Assembly: GCA_020723505.1 (NCBI GenBank)
Contig: DYIT01000001.1
Location: forward strand, 8,530-72,529
Direction of reading: 5' to 3'
Length of the DNA: 64,000 nt
Source of the DNA: Candidatus Kuenenia stuttgartensis
GTDB lineage: Bacteria; Planctomycetota; JAKEIC01; DYIT01
The position numbers and the translations under genes are program-made. The notes under the pieces are model-generated. The model was not told the DNA's origin, searched no databases, and worked only from the letters and a program-made list of their open reading frames with translations. This document shows positions 26,772 to 36,044 of the stretch, piece by piece (within the stretch, counting starts at the first letter, position 1; every line of letters starts with the position of its first letter).

Positions 26772-29561
26772 TCATGATTTCCCCAGCAGAATGGCGAGAT
26801 GATTCCCGGTAATCGACCCGGGAATCGAGGCCACCTCCTCAGGCGTGCCTTCGGCCACGATCCTGCCCCCATCGTCTCCTCCGTGAGGTCCCATGTCGAT
26901 TACGTAGTCGGCGCACTTGACGACCTCCAGATTGTGCTCGATTACGATCACCGTGTTCCCCGCCTCGACAAGCCGGTCGAGCACTGCAAGGAGTTTCCTG
27001 ATGTCGTCGAAGTGCAACCCGGTCGTGGGCTCGTCCAGCATGTACACCGTGTCTCCTCCGCCGGCCTTGGAAAGCTCCCTGGCCAGCTTCACCCTCTGTG
27101 CTTCACCTCCCGAAAGGGTCGTGGACGACTGCCCCAGCTTCACGTAGTCGAGCCCGACATCCGCCAGCGCTTCGAGGGGCTTTGCTATCTGGGGATTCGC
27201 GGCGAAGAGGTCATGCGCCTCCCTGACGGTCAGGTCCAGCACCTCCGCTATTGAAAGGCCGCGGTATCTGACCTTGAGCGTCGCCTGGTTGTACCTGCTG
27301 CCGGAGCAGAGGTCGCAGGGGACGAAGACGTCCGGGAGGAAGTGCATTTCAATCCGCCTGATTCCATCTCCCTGGCAGGCCTCGCATCTGCCCCCCTTCA
27401 GATTGAAGCTGAACCTGCTCTTGCCGTAGCCGTATGCCTTCGCCTCCTTGAGAGAGGCGAAGAGGTCGCGGATTGCGTTGAACGCGCCCGTATAAATGAC
27501 CGGATTGGACCTTGGGGTCCTTCCAATCGGCCGCTGGTCCACGGAGACGACCCTGCTCAAGCTCTGAAGGCCGACTATCCTCTGGTAGCCGCCCTCCTTG
27601 AGCCTTGCGCGCCTGCGCATCCCGTTGACGAGCGCCGGATAGAGCACCTGGTTGACCAGGGAGCTCTTTCCCGCGCCCGACACGCCTGTGACGCAGATGA
27701 AGAGCCCGAGCGGGAAATCCACCGAGACCTTCCTGAGGTTGTTCTGCACTGCGCCTATGACCCGGATTGCCCCCCTCTGCGGAGCCCTTCTCGCGGGGAT
27801 TGCTATGCGCATCCTGCCGGACAGATAGGCGCCCGTGAGGCTCTCGGGACAGGAAGAGATGCCTTCCACCGGGCCGGAATAGACGATTCCGCCCCCGTTC
27901 ACGCCTGCGCCCGGGCCGAAGTCGACCAGATGATCGGCATGCCTGATAATCTCCGCGTCGTGCTCCACCACAATCACGGTGTTGCCTGCGTCGCGGAGGG
28001 CCTTGAGAGTGGAGATTAGCCTTCCCGCGTCGCAGGGATGCAGGCCGATGCTGGGCTCGTCGAGGATGTACATGACGCCCGTAAGGTCGCTTCCCAGCTG
28101 GCTTGCGAGGTGAATCCTCTGGCTCTCCCCGCCCGAGAGCGATCCCCCCTGCCTGTCCAGCGTAAGGTATCCGACGCCGACGCCCGACAGGAAGTCCAGC
28201 CTCGACGCGATCTCCTTCACGATTTCCGCTGCCGCAGCCCGGATTCCGCCTGCGAAGGAAAGGCCCCGGAAGAAGTCCGCCGCCCTGTCAATCGTCATCG
28301 CGGTCACGCCCGCGACCGACTCGCCGCCGATTCTGACGGCGAGGCTGGCGCTCGAAAGCCTCGCCCCGCGGCATTCCGGGCAGGTGTTCTCGGCGAAGAA
28401 CCGCCTGTAATACCGCTGCATCTCTGCGGATTTCGTCTGGTCCAGGCGCCTCCGGATGAGCTCCGCCGCGCCCTCGAACCTGCCCCCGGTCTGCCCCTCC
28501 CGGCCGTAGAGCAAGAGCTTCCTATGTTCCCCGGAAAGCGCCCGCCACGGCTTGTCGACCGGTATCCCCTCATCCCCGCAGAACTTCTCGAGCTCCTTCT
28601 GGAAGTACTTCTTCGGGGCGTTCTTGTCCTGCGTCTTGAAGAGCATTATCGCGCCGTCCTCGATGGTCCGGCCCTGGTCGGGGACAATCTTGGACGGATC
28701 CATCTCGAGGACGCATCCGAGGCCCTGGCACCGGGGGCACATGCCCTGGGGCGAGTTGAACGAGAACGAGAGGGGCGTGACGGGCGGGAACGAGAGCATG
28801 CAGCGGCGGCAGGAGAGCTTCTCGGAAAAGGAGGTCTCCGGAAGCCCCTCGGGCGCCACGGTGACGGCGCCGTCGCCGGTCTTGCACGCGAGCTCGATTG
28901 AGTCGTTCACGCGGTCGAAGATGTCGTCCTTCATCACGAGCCTGTCGATGACGACCTCGAACGGGGCCGGGCAGGGGGCGTCGGGGACCTCGCCGTCCAC
29001 GGCAATCACCTCGCCCCCGGCGCGCACGCGGACGAATCCCTTCCGGCGGGCCTCCCGGGCCGCTTCCCTCAGGCCGGACATTGGCCCCTCCCGGAACGGC
29101 GCCAGTATGAGGAACCTCGTCCCCTGCGGCAGCTTCATTATCTCCGCCACCATCTCCTGCGCGCTCCGGCTGTAGACCGCCTCGCCGCACGACGGGCAGT
29201 GCTGCACCCCGGCCCTGGCGAAGAGCAGTCTCAGGTAATCGTATATCTCGGTGATTGTCCCCACTGTGGACCGCGGGTTCTGGGTCAGGGCCTTCTGCTG
29301 GATGGAAATGGCGGGCGCAAGGCCCCGGAGAGTCTCGTACCTCGGCTTGCGCATCTGTCCTAGGAATTGCCTCGCGTACGTGGAAAGCGATTCCACGTAT
29401 CGCCGGTTGCCTTCGGCGAAGAGAGTGTCGAACGCGAGCGAAGTCTTGCCGGATCCCGACACCCCCGTGAAAACCACGAGCTTCTTCTTGGGAATGTCGA
29501 GGTCCACGGACTTCAGGTTGTGCTCCGAGGCCCCCCGTATTTCGATTGACTCGCTCTGCAT
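26772..29561 (-). CDS. uvrA: Excinuclease ABC subunit A
   Basis: MQSESIEIRGASEHNLKSVDLDIPKKKLVVFTGVSGSGKTSLAFDTLFAEGNRRYVESLSTYARQFLG. There are two ABC ATPase modules (second Walker A GVSGAGKSSL), zinc-finger Cys pairs and LSGGE signatures. The N-terminal 119 codons of the listed ORF are a shadow of queE. Confidence 0.95.
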   Translation of the reverse strand: MQSESIEIRGASEHNLKSVDLDIPKKKLVVFTGVSGSGKTSLAFDTLFAEGNRRYVESLSTYARQFLGQMRKPRYETLRGLAPAISIQQKALTQNPRSTVGTITEIYDYLRLLFARAGVQHCPSCGEAVYSRSAQEMVAEIMKLPQGTRFLILAPFREGPMSGLREAAREARRKGFVRVRAGGEVIAVDGEVPDAPCPAPFEVVIDRLVMKDDIFDRVNDSIELACKTGDGAVTVAPEGLPETSFSEKLSCRRCMLSFPPVTPLSFSFNSPQGMCPRCQGLGCVLEMDPSKIVPDQGRTIEDGAIMLFKTQDKNAPKKYFQKELEKFCGDEGIPVDKPWRALSGEHRKLLLYGREGQTGGRFEGAAELIRRRLDQTKSAEMQRYYRRFFAENTCPECRGARLSSASLAVRIGGESVAGVTAMTIDRAADFFRGLSFAGGIRAAAAEIVKEIASRLDFLSGVGVGYLTLDRQGGSLSGGESQRIHLASQLGSDLTGVMYILDEPSIGLHPCDAGRLISTLKALRDAGNTVIVVEHDAEIIRHADHLVDFGPGAGVNGGGIVYSGPVEGISSCPESLTGAYLSGRMRIAIPARRAPQRGAIRVIGAVQNNLRKVSVDFPLGLFICVTGVSGAGKSSLVNQVLYPALVNGMRRRARLKEGGYQRIVGLQSLSRVVSVDQRPIGRTPRSNPVIYTGAFNAIRDLFASLKEAKAYGYGKSRFSFNLKGGRCEACQGDGIRRIEMHFLPDVFVPCDLCSGSRYNQATLKVRYRGLSIAEVLDLTVREAHDLFAANPQIAKPLEALADVGLDYVKLGQSSTTLSGGEAQRVKLARELSKAGGGDTVYMLDEPTTGLHFDDIRKLLAVLDRLVEAGNTVIVIEHNLEVVKCADYVIDMGPHGGDDGGRIVAEGTPEEVASIPGSITGNHLAILLGKS

Positions 29562-30340
29562 CACGGCACGCCGGCTATCTTGTGCGTCTGGGGGATGATC
29601 CTCACGTCGCGGACGAGGGCAAGGCCCCTGGCCTGGATTTCGAGCAGCCTGGACGGCGGCGGCGGCCCGGGGCCGTCCGCGACCCTCGTCACCGGCTGCA
29701 CGACCGCGATTGCGGAAGGGGAACCGGACGCTATCAGGCCGAATGCCCTGTCCAGCTCGGCGTCCTGCGTCCCTTCGGCCACGACCATCTTCACGATGAG
29801 CTCCCTGCCCGAGGCGGCCTTGAGGAACCTGCCTGCCCTTCCCCAGTCGAGCGGCTCCCCGGTCGCGGACGGAAGCTTGATGTCCGCCGACACTATGTCC
29901 ACGCGCCTGGAAAGCCAAGCCATGGCTTCCGGGAAATCCGAGTTCGTCTCGAGGAAGGTCCGGAAGCCATTCCCGGCCAGGAGGGAAAGCAGCGGGTCGA
30001 GGAAATCAGGCTGGAGAAGCGGCTCCCCTCCGGTGAGAGAGACCGAATGGTGCATGCCCTTGAACGCCTCGAGCGCAAGGACCGCCTCCGCGACGCGCGA
30101 GGGGCTCATGGGATTCCGCGCCTTCCTCCGGACGCCGGAGCCGGGTCCCGTCTCTATCGACGCCGATTTCGGCCTCGCGTCGAGGCCGGCGGGCGTGTCG
30201 CAGAATCTGCACCTCCTCGAGCAGCCGGCGAGCCTGACGAATATCTGCCTGCAGCCGAGCAGCGGGCCTTCGCCCTGCGCCGACGAGAAGATTTCGCAGA
30301 TGAACCCCGGCGGGGCGGACGGCTTTCTCGATTTGACCAT
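29561..30340 (-). CDS. queE: 7-carboxy-7-deazaguanine synthase (radical SAM)
   Basis: ICEIFSSAQGEGPLLGCRQIFVRLAGCSRRCRFCDT contains the QueE N-terminal motif and a CxxxCxxC cluster. Adjacent to queC. Confidence 0.85.
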   Translation of the reverse strand: MVKSRKPSAPPGFICEIFSSAQGEGPLLGCRQIFVRLAGCSRRCRFCDTPAGLDARPKSASIETGPGSGVRRKARNPMSPSRVAEAVLALEAFKGMHHSVSLTGGEPLLQPDFLDPLLSLLAGNGFRTFLETNSDFPEAMAWLSRRVDIVSADIKLPSATGEPLDWGRAGRFLKAASGRELIVKMVVAEGTQDAELDRAFGLIASGSPSAIAVVQPVTRVADGPGPPPPSRLLEIQARGLALVRDVRIIPQTHKIAGVP

Positions 30341-30341
30341 G

Positions 30342-31022
30342 TCACTTCCTCAGAGATTCGAACCATTCGAGATTCCCGGACTTCCTGAGCGCCCGGAACA
30401 TCCTCTGGCAGGATTCGCAGGTCCGGCACAGGTCCCGGCCTCCGCGGTAGCACGGCCATGCGTACTCGAGAGGCGCCCCGATTTCCCGCGCCAGGGAGAC
30501 GATTTGGGTCTTGTCCATCCCCGACGTGAAGCTGACCACCTTGGGCCTCGACAGCGTCGAGAGGGAGAGGAATTTGTTCGCCGCCGCTATGAACTGCGGC
30601 GAGTTGTCCGGGAACGTCCTGGCCTCCTCCGCGTTGAATCCCGCCACGACCATGGCAGCGCCCGAGGATTCGGCGAAGGCCCCGGCGATGTTGATGAAAA
30701 TCCCGTTCCGGTTCGGCACCCAAACCGCCTGCGCTGACGCCCTGGTCTCCGCGTCGTCGTCGAGATTGGACGGCGAGGGAAGCTCGACTGCATCGTCGAC
30801 AAGCGCCGTCTGGGTGATGTCCGCAAGCCAGTCGAGCCGGATTACCCTGTGGTCCACTCCGAAGCGCTTGCATATGGCGGCGGACATCTCCGCCTCCATC
30901 GCCGCGGCTCGCTGTCCGTAATCGAAGGTCAGAGCCGTCGTTATGACTCCCTCGTCGAACGCCTTCTTGAAATTCACCGTGGAGTCGAGCCCGGCGGAGA
31001 GCAGAACGACCGATTTAAGCAT
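30342..31022 (-). CDS. queC: 7-cyano-7-deazaguanine synthase
   Basis: VVLLSAGLDSTV is the PP-loop (SGGxDS-type). The C-terminal zinc Cys cluster is CYRGGRDLCRTCESC. 226 aa. Confidence 0.9.
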   Translation of the reverse strand: MLKSVVLLSAGLDSTVNFKKAFDEGVITTALTFDYGQRAAAMEAEMSAAICKRFGVDHRVIRLDWLADITQTALVDDAVELPSPSNLDDDAETRASAQAVWVPNRNGIFINIAGAFAESSGAAMVVAGFNAEEARTFPDNSPQFIAAANKFLSLSTLSRPKVVSFTSGMDKTQIVSLAREIGAPLEYAWPCYRGGRDLCRTCESCQRMFRALRKSGNLEWFESLRK

Positions 31023-31052
31023 CTCATGTCCCTCAATCGCGTGAAAAGGCGG

Positions 31053-31081
31053 AGTCTAGTACTCGAATGCCCCGCAGTCAA
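31053..31081 (-). promoter_or_regulatory. Candidate sigma-70 promoter for queC-queE-uvrA
   Basis: The minus strand reads TTGACT-N17-TAGACT, ending about 30 nt upstream of the queC ATG. GAGGGA RBS lies between them. Confidence 0.45.
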
Positions 31082-31200
31082 CCCGGGCGGATGAACGGGC
31101 GGCGCCGGGCTTTCCTTCCGGGCGCCGCGCGTGTTATAACCCCACAAGCCGCCGTCCGGCTTTTCGTCCTGTTCCGGCTCGTCCGTGTCATGGAGGGACC

Positions 31201-31989
31201 TTGAATCCGCTCGAAGCCTTTCTGCTCGGAATCCTCCAGGGGCTGACCGAATTCCTTCCCGTGTCAAGCTCCGGGCATCTCGTTCTGGGCGGAATGCTGC
31301 TCGGCGCCGAGGAGCCCGGCATGCTGTTCGAGGTCGTAGTCCACCTTGCAACGCTGGTCGCGGTCATGACTTATTACCGCGCCAGAATATGGGAAATCAT
31401 CGCAGGCCTCGCGGCAGGAGGGGAAAGCAGGAGGTCGAGCCTGCGTTTCGTCGCCCTCCTTGCCGCAGCCTCCATTCCTGCCGGGCTTGTGGGACTCCTG
31501 CTCAGGAAATGGATTGAACGGGCCTTCGACTCCCCACTCTTCGCCTCCTCCATGCTGATAGTCACGGGATTCGTGCTGCTCTCCACCCGGTTCGCGCGCG
31601 GAGCAGGGGATGCGCCCGTGACCCCGCTCCGCGGAATGACCGCCGGATTCGCCCAGGCGGTCGCCATACTCCCCGGAATTTCGAGGTCGGGGTCCACAAT
31701 CTCCGCCGCGCTCTGGACGGGCGCGGGGGGGAAGAACGCAGCCGAGTTCTCCTTCATGCTGTCTATCCCAGCCGTGGCAGGGGCCGGGCTGCTCGCTTTG
31801 CTCGACCTTGATGCGGCGCGCGTCAATCCGGTTCCGCTCGCAGCCGCGGGCATCGCCGCGCTTGCGACCGGGTACGTCTCGCTCGGGCTTCTCACGAAAG
31901 TCCTCGAGAAGAACCGCCTGTTCTGGTTCGGCCCCTACTGCATCGCCGCCGGAATCCTCGGCATGGCCCTATGCCTGCTCCGGCCTTGA
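31201..31989 (+). CDS. uppP: Undecaprenyl-diphosphate phosphatase
   Basis: LLGILQGLTEFLPVSSSGHL is the BacA/UppP signature, and PGISRSGSTI is the second conserved motif. TTG start with GGAGGG 4 nt upstream. Confidence 0.9.
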   Translation: MNPLEAFLLGILQGLTEFLPVSSSGHLVLGGMLLGAEEPGMLFEVVVHLATLVAVMTYYRARIWEIIAGLAAGGESRRSSLRFVALLAAASIPAGLVGLLLRKWIERAFDSPLFASSMLIVTGFVLLSTRFARGAGDAPVTPLRGMTAGFAQAVAILPGISRSGSTISAALWTGAGGKNAAEFSFMLSIPAVAGAGLLALLDLDAARVNPVPLAAAGIAALATGYVSLGLLTKVLEKNRLFWFGPYCIAAGILGMALCLLRP

Positions 31990-32114
31990 GCGCTCAGACC
32001 AAAGCCCCGCCGATGGGCTGAGCGCTAAGGGCCTCGAATAGGCCCGGGGAATCTCCTCAACTCCCGACCGATTCCAGCCGATAAACGGCCAGGGAGATTT
32101 GTTGAGAGGTTCCC

Positions 32115-32321
32115 ATGGCAATCTGCATTTGCTGTCTGTACGAAGTCCAGCATTTCAAGCGGACGAAGACCGGGCTTTGCGTATGCGACTACTGCCTCGA
32201 GGAAGGGATAGCCAGAATCCGCGGGGGATCCGTGATCCTGAGACCGATGAAAGCCATCCCCGAGAAGAAGCGCAGGGGAAGACCGCCGAAGAACAGGGCG
32301 GTCACCAGTAATGCCGGCTAA
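32115..32321 (+). CDS. Small Cys-rich protein with C-terminal AT-hook-like motif
   Basis: MAICICCLYEVQHFKRTKTGLCVCDYCLEEG then KKRRGRPPKNR (an RGRP core). GAGAGG RBS. The 3' end overlaps the convergent DUF2752 gene by 20 nt. Confidence 0.45.
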   Translation: MAICICCLYEVQHFKRTKTGLCVCDYCLEEGIARIRGGSVILRPMKAIPEKKRRGRPPKNRAVTSNAG

Positions 32322-32778
32322 TCAGCAGCAGCTTCATCGCCCAGACCGCCAGCACCGCGGCCGCGGCGGGTATCCACGCGATTCCGGCAATCCTCCGCCC
32401 CGTCCCCACTCCGCGCGCAGCTTCTCCGGTCCCGGCGGCGGACCGTCCTCTCCAAGGCAGAAACCCCGCTGCCCTTGCCGCGAAATACGCCAGCGCCACG
32501 GCTGCAAGCGCCCACAAAGCCGGTCCGAGAGGGTGATACTGCAAGGCCTCCCGCAGGCTAAGATGGGCTGTGCAGACGAAACTCCGCGTGAGCCCGCAGA
32601 ATGGGCAGGGGAGCCCGGTCACGGCCTTGAAAACGCAGAGCGGAATGCCGAGGACGAAACCGCGCCCGGAGTCCTCATCCGCGACGGGAATCGGCAGAAG
32701 GAAGGAGGCGGCAAGGACGGCCGCCAATGCGACCGCGGCGAACAAGCTGTTGGAAGGGGATTTCACCTGAGGTTCCAA
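32302..32778 (-). CDS. DUF2752-family membrane protein (second paralogue)
   Basis: TGLPCPFCGLTRSF motif plus flanking TM helices. Confidence 0.65.
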   Translation of the reverse strand: MEPQVKSPSNSLFAAVALAAVLAASFLLPIPVADEDSGRGFVLGIPLCVFKAVTGLPCPFCGLTRSFVCTAHLSLREALQYHPLGPALWALAAVALAYFAARAAGFLPWRGRSAAGTGEAARGVGTGRRIAGIAWIPAAAAVLAVWAMKLLLISRHYW

Positions 32779-32831
32779 AACCGCGGCCCGGCGCGCATGG
32801 ACCGCGGTCTGCGATGCACGAGCCGGGCCGG

Positions 32832-33104
32832 CTAGCGGATCTTCTTCTCCATTTCCCTTCCGGGCTTGAAGACAACCACGCGCTTGGGCGGAACGCTCAC
32901 TTCCTCGCCGGTGCGGGGATTGCGCGCTTTCCTGGCTGCCCGGTGCTTCACCTCGAACACCCCGAAGTTCCGGAGCTCGATTCGGCCGTCCCTGGCGATT
33001 GCATTTATGATCTCGTCGAACGCCCCCTGGACTACGTTCTTGGCGTCTACTTGCGTAAGCTTATATTTGTCGGCGAGCATTTTGACGATTTCTTTCTTAG
33101 TCAC
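32832..33104 (-). CDS. HU/IHF-family DNA-binding protein (IHF-like)
   Basis: [43 protein letters not shown] is the canonical beta-arm. Start reassigned to GTG 33104 (MTKKEIV...) because AGGAGG lies 7 nt upstream. The listed ATG 33119 is itself part of that RBS. Confidence 0.85.
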   Translation of the reverse strand: MTKKEIVKMLADKYKLTQVDAKNVVQGAFDEIINAIARDGRIELRNFGVFEVKHRAARKARNPRTGEEVSVPPKRVVVFKPGREMEKKIR

Positions 33105-33145
33105 GATTCTCCTCCTCATTCACTATGACCTTTGTAAGGCAATAT

Positions 33146-33174
33146 ATTACACGCAATTATGGCGACAGTGTCAA
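33146..33174 (-). promoter_or_regulatory. Candidate sigma-70 promoter for the HU/IHF gene
   Basis: The minus strand reads TTGACA-N17-TGTAAT (followed by AT), in an AT-rich stretch. Confidence 0.45.
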
Positions 33175-33285
33175 GGAATTCATATTTTTTTCCGCAGCCG
33201 CAATCTGCGATTCGAGCCGTCCATGCAATCCCGGGCCGGAGGGTACCGCACTCCCGTCCCAAGGCGAGGTCCTGGATGACCGCCG

Positions 33286-34089
33286 TCAGGGCAATCCCAT
33301 GAGCCCGGCGAACGTGTGCAATCCCGCCGGCGACGCGGCGAGCCTCTTCGCCGCCCAGAGAGCCCCATGCGCGAAGATTGACCTGTTCTCGGCCCTGTGG
33401 GTGATTTCGATCCTCTCGCCTTCCATGAAGAAATACACCGTGTGCTCGCCGGTGACGGTCCCCCCCCTCAACGCATGCACGCCGATTTCGTCGCGCGTCC
33501 TCCGCTTTCCCGCGCCTTCGCGCCCATGCAGGACCGGAGCAGCGCTCCCGGCGCCGGATGCGGCCAGCACGCGCCTTAAAATTTCCCCCGCCGTGCCGCT
33601 TGGAGCGTCCGCCTTCTTGTCATGGTGAATCTCCGCAATCTCGGTTTCCGCCCGCCCGCTAAGCGCCTTCGCCGCCGATTCGACCAGAGAATACATGAGG
33701 TTCACCCCGAGGCTCATGTTCGGGCTGTGCATCACCGGTATCCGGGCGGAGGCTTCGGCGAGGCGCCTCGAGAGCGCGGCGTCGAGCCCGGTAGTGCCCG
33801 AAACGAGCGGTATCCGGGCTTCAACGCATTCCGAAATCCTCGCTGACAGGCCCTGCGGCGAAGAAAAATCCACAATCGCGTCCGCCCCGCCCTTGAATCC
33901 GGACTCGATTCTCAGGCCTGCGAGGCGCCGGTTCGAAAGCGCCTCCGCCGCGTCCTTCCCGCATGAAGGATGCCGCGCATCTTCGAGGAGCATTCCTATC
34001 TCGAATTCGCCGGACTCGAGAGCCGCGGAGACCACCGCCGCTCCCATCCTTCCCATAGCCCCGGAAACCGCAATTCTGAACTTCGACAT
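33286..34089 (-). CDS. dapB: 4-hydroxy-tetrahydrodipicolinate reductase
   Basis: MSKFRIAVSGAMGRMG (NAD(P)-binding GxxGxxG), IAEIHHDKKADAPSGTA and HALRGGTVTGEHTVYF are DapB signatures. The upstream 123 codons of the listed ORF are not supported. Confidence 0.9.
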   Translation of the reverse strand: MSKFRIAVSGAMGRMGAAVVSAALESGEFEIGMLLEDARHPSCGKDAAEALSNRRLAGLRIESGFKGGADAIVDFSSPQGLSARISECVEARIPLVSGTTGLDAALSRRLAEASARIPVMHSPNMSLGVNLMYSLVESAAKALSGRAETEIAEIHHDKKADAPSGTAGEILRRVLAASGAGSAAPVLHGREGAGKRRTRDEIGVHALRGGTVTGEHTVYFFMEGERIEITHRAENRSIFAHGALWAAKRLAASPAGLHTFAGLMGLP

Positions 34090-34285
34090 CGCCGCCTCGC
34101 AATCCGGATATCGCGGACCGGGACCGGCCCGCAGTCCCCGTTTATACAGCATGCCGCGCCGCGGTTTCAAGACAATCAGGAGAACCGCCGCTGAGCGCGG
34201 ATGAACCCTCCTTCTCCAGGATGCTTCCGCCGAGACCGCGTCGGCTTCGCCCGGCGCGCGCGCGTCCATCAAAGCGAAGGCGGGT

Positions 34286-36025
34286 TCATCGGCGGTTTCC
34301 TTCGGCATCCTCGACCCGGAACGCGACAATCGGCCTTCCGCGCCCGTCTGGATCGAACTCCAGGATCTTCTCGAAGCCTTCGATGCGGCGCTTCCAGAGG
34401 GCGGCGGCGGCCTTGGGGTAGTCGCGGAGAAACGGCATAGCGCCGTAGTTGACGACAAGCATCCTGCAGTTCCCGCGAAGGCAGGAATCCCTCAGGGCGT
34501 TCAAGCCGTCGCGGCCGGGCATGGGAACGTACTCGCCGGCCGCATAGACCGGCACGCGCATTTCCGAACTCATTATCCTGTGCCCCTCCCCTTCAATCCC
34601 CGCCAGGGCCTCTCCGATATCCCGGAGATGCCGCTTCTCCGCGCCGAAAGGCCTGAGCGCCCTGGGAAGGCAAAGGGCCGCGAAGAGCGCGACCAGCAAG
34701 GCAGCCAGGGCGTATTCGAGCGCAGGACCGCAATCCCTGCCCCGGAAGCGTTTCAGGGCAGCGGCCGAAAGCTTGCCCATACAAATCAACCCCGCCCCTA
34801 TGAACGGCATCGTGCATATCAGGGCGGCGCTCAGGTGCCTGCTGCTCAAGTAGCCGTGTGTGAAGAGAAGCAGCCAGCATACCGCTCCGTACAATGCGAT
34901 GACCGAGAGGAGAAAGGCTTTCCCGGTCCTCCGGCCGCCTTCGGGAGGAGCCATGAAGAATCCCAGAAGGCCGATGAGCGGCGGGACGTAGAAGAGAATC
35001 CCGACCGCCGTGTTCGCCGTCGCGAAAAAGCTCCACGCGACCTTCGCGGCGCTCGACCGCGTCTCCAGGGCAGGACCGGGCTCGTATTCGGGCACCGGGG
35101 GAAGGGATTTATCGGGAGGCGCTTCCTCCCCCGGGCCGGAGTCCCGGCCGGGAACCGCGTCCCCGGCGGCCTCATCCGTCGTCTTGCCGGAGTCCGCCTC
35201 CTCTGTCCCCACCAGTATGGAGATCTTCTTCTTCTTCGTTATCTCCCACCTGCCGGTCTGCTCCTTTATGTGAATCATGTAGGGGACCGAACAGGCGGAG
35301 AAGACCGCGACTCCGAGCGCGGCTGACGCTGCGATTCTCCATGATGCGGGCGATCGCAGGCGGATCGCCAGGAACGCCGCCCAGAGGACGAGAAGGACCA
35401 TGAGCCCGCCCCCTTCGGGCCTGCACAGGTACGCGAATGCCGCAGACAATCCGGCGAGCATCCCGAGGCGGACGGACGGAAGTGCGAGGGCGGAGTGAAT
35501 CGCCCAAAGCGAAAGGATGAAGAAGAAGTAATAGGGCCCCTCCGAGAGGACCGATGATCCGAAGGAGACGTATGCGGGAATTGCGGCATAGGCGACGCAG
35601 GCCGCGAACGCGGGCCTTGCGCCGAGAACGTCCTTGGCGAGGAAGTAGAGCGGCAGAACCGCAAGGGAGGAGAAGAACACGGATGAGGCGTACCCGGCGG
35701 AGACCAGCGAAGGCGCCGCGATGCGGAACGCTGCAATGAGCAACGACGGGAGCGGATGGTAGTCGTACGAAAGGGCCTCGGCCCACCTGCCGTCGTGGAA
35801 CCTGCGCGCGATTTCCATGTAGATTGCCGAGTCGTTGTGCACCAGGACGGCCGACGCCGCCGCGGCGGTCCTCAGACACGCCGCGAAGAGGATGAGAACG
35901 AGGTGCGGCCTCCGGCGGATCCAATCCGCTGCCCGCCGGAGCGGACCGGTGTTTATCGTTTTCCCGTCCAATTGCCGGCCCTCAGAACCTTGAAGAACGG
36001 ACCTGCCTCGAAGCCGCTGACGCAT
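34286..36025 (-). CDS. Polytopic membrane glycosyltransferase, ArnT/PMT-like (GT-C fold, GT39/GT83-type)
   Basis: About 10 or more TM helices. The N-terminal region NDSAIYMEIARRF...YDYHPLPSLL is typical of polyprenyl-phosphate-sugar-dependent GT-C enzymes. An internal soluble Pro/Glu/Asp loop and a C-terminal soluble domain are present. Start at ATG 36025 is uncertain. Confidence 0.65.
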   Translation of the reverse strand: MRQRLRGRSVLQGSEGRQLDGKTINTGPLRRAADWIRRRPHLVLILFAACLRTAAAASAVLVHNDSAIYMEIARRFHDGRWAEALSYDYHPLPSLLIAAFRIAAPSLVSAGYASSVFFSSLAVLPLYFLAKDVLGARPAFAACVAYAAIPAYVSFGSSVLSEGPYYFFFILSLWAIHSALALPSVRLGMLAGLSAAFAYLCRPEGGGLMVLLVLWAAFLAIRLRSPASWRIAASAALGVAVFSACSVPYMIHIKEQTGRWEITKKKKISILVGTEEADSGKTTDEAAGDAVPGRDSGPGEEAPPDKSLPPVPEYEPGPALETRSSAAKVAWSFFATANTAVGILFYVPPLIGLLGFFMAPPEGGRRTGKAFLLSVIALYGAVCWLLLFTHGYLSSRHLSAALICTMPFIGAGLICMGKLSAAALKRFRGRDCGPALEYALAALLVALFAALCLPRALRPFGAEKRHLRDIGEALAGIEGEGHRIMSSEMRVPVYAAGEYVPMPGRDGLNALRDSCLRGNCRMLVVNYGAMPFLRDYPKAAAALWKRRIEGFEKILEFDPDGRGRPIVAFRVEDAEGNRR

Positions 36026-36044
36026 GCCCGAGGAGACCGGTGAA

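Noticed and set aside
29562-29918. N-terminal extension of the uvrA ORF
   Set aside because: It overlaps queE in another frame and is Arg/Gly-rich. The conserved UvrA N-terminus starts at MQSESIEIRGA (ATG 29561).
31023-31200. Possible preQ1 riboswitch upstream of queC
   Set aside because: The candidate promoter leaves only an about 25-nt leader. I see no hairpin followed by an A-rich tail characteristic of preQ1-I/II aptamers.
34090-34458. N-terminal extension of the dapB ORF
   Set aside because: The DapB NAD(P)-binding N-terminus (MSKFRIAVSGAMGRMG) begins at 34089. The upstream residues have no homology signal.
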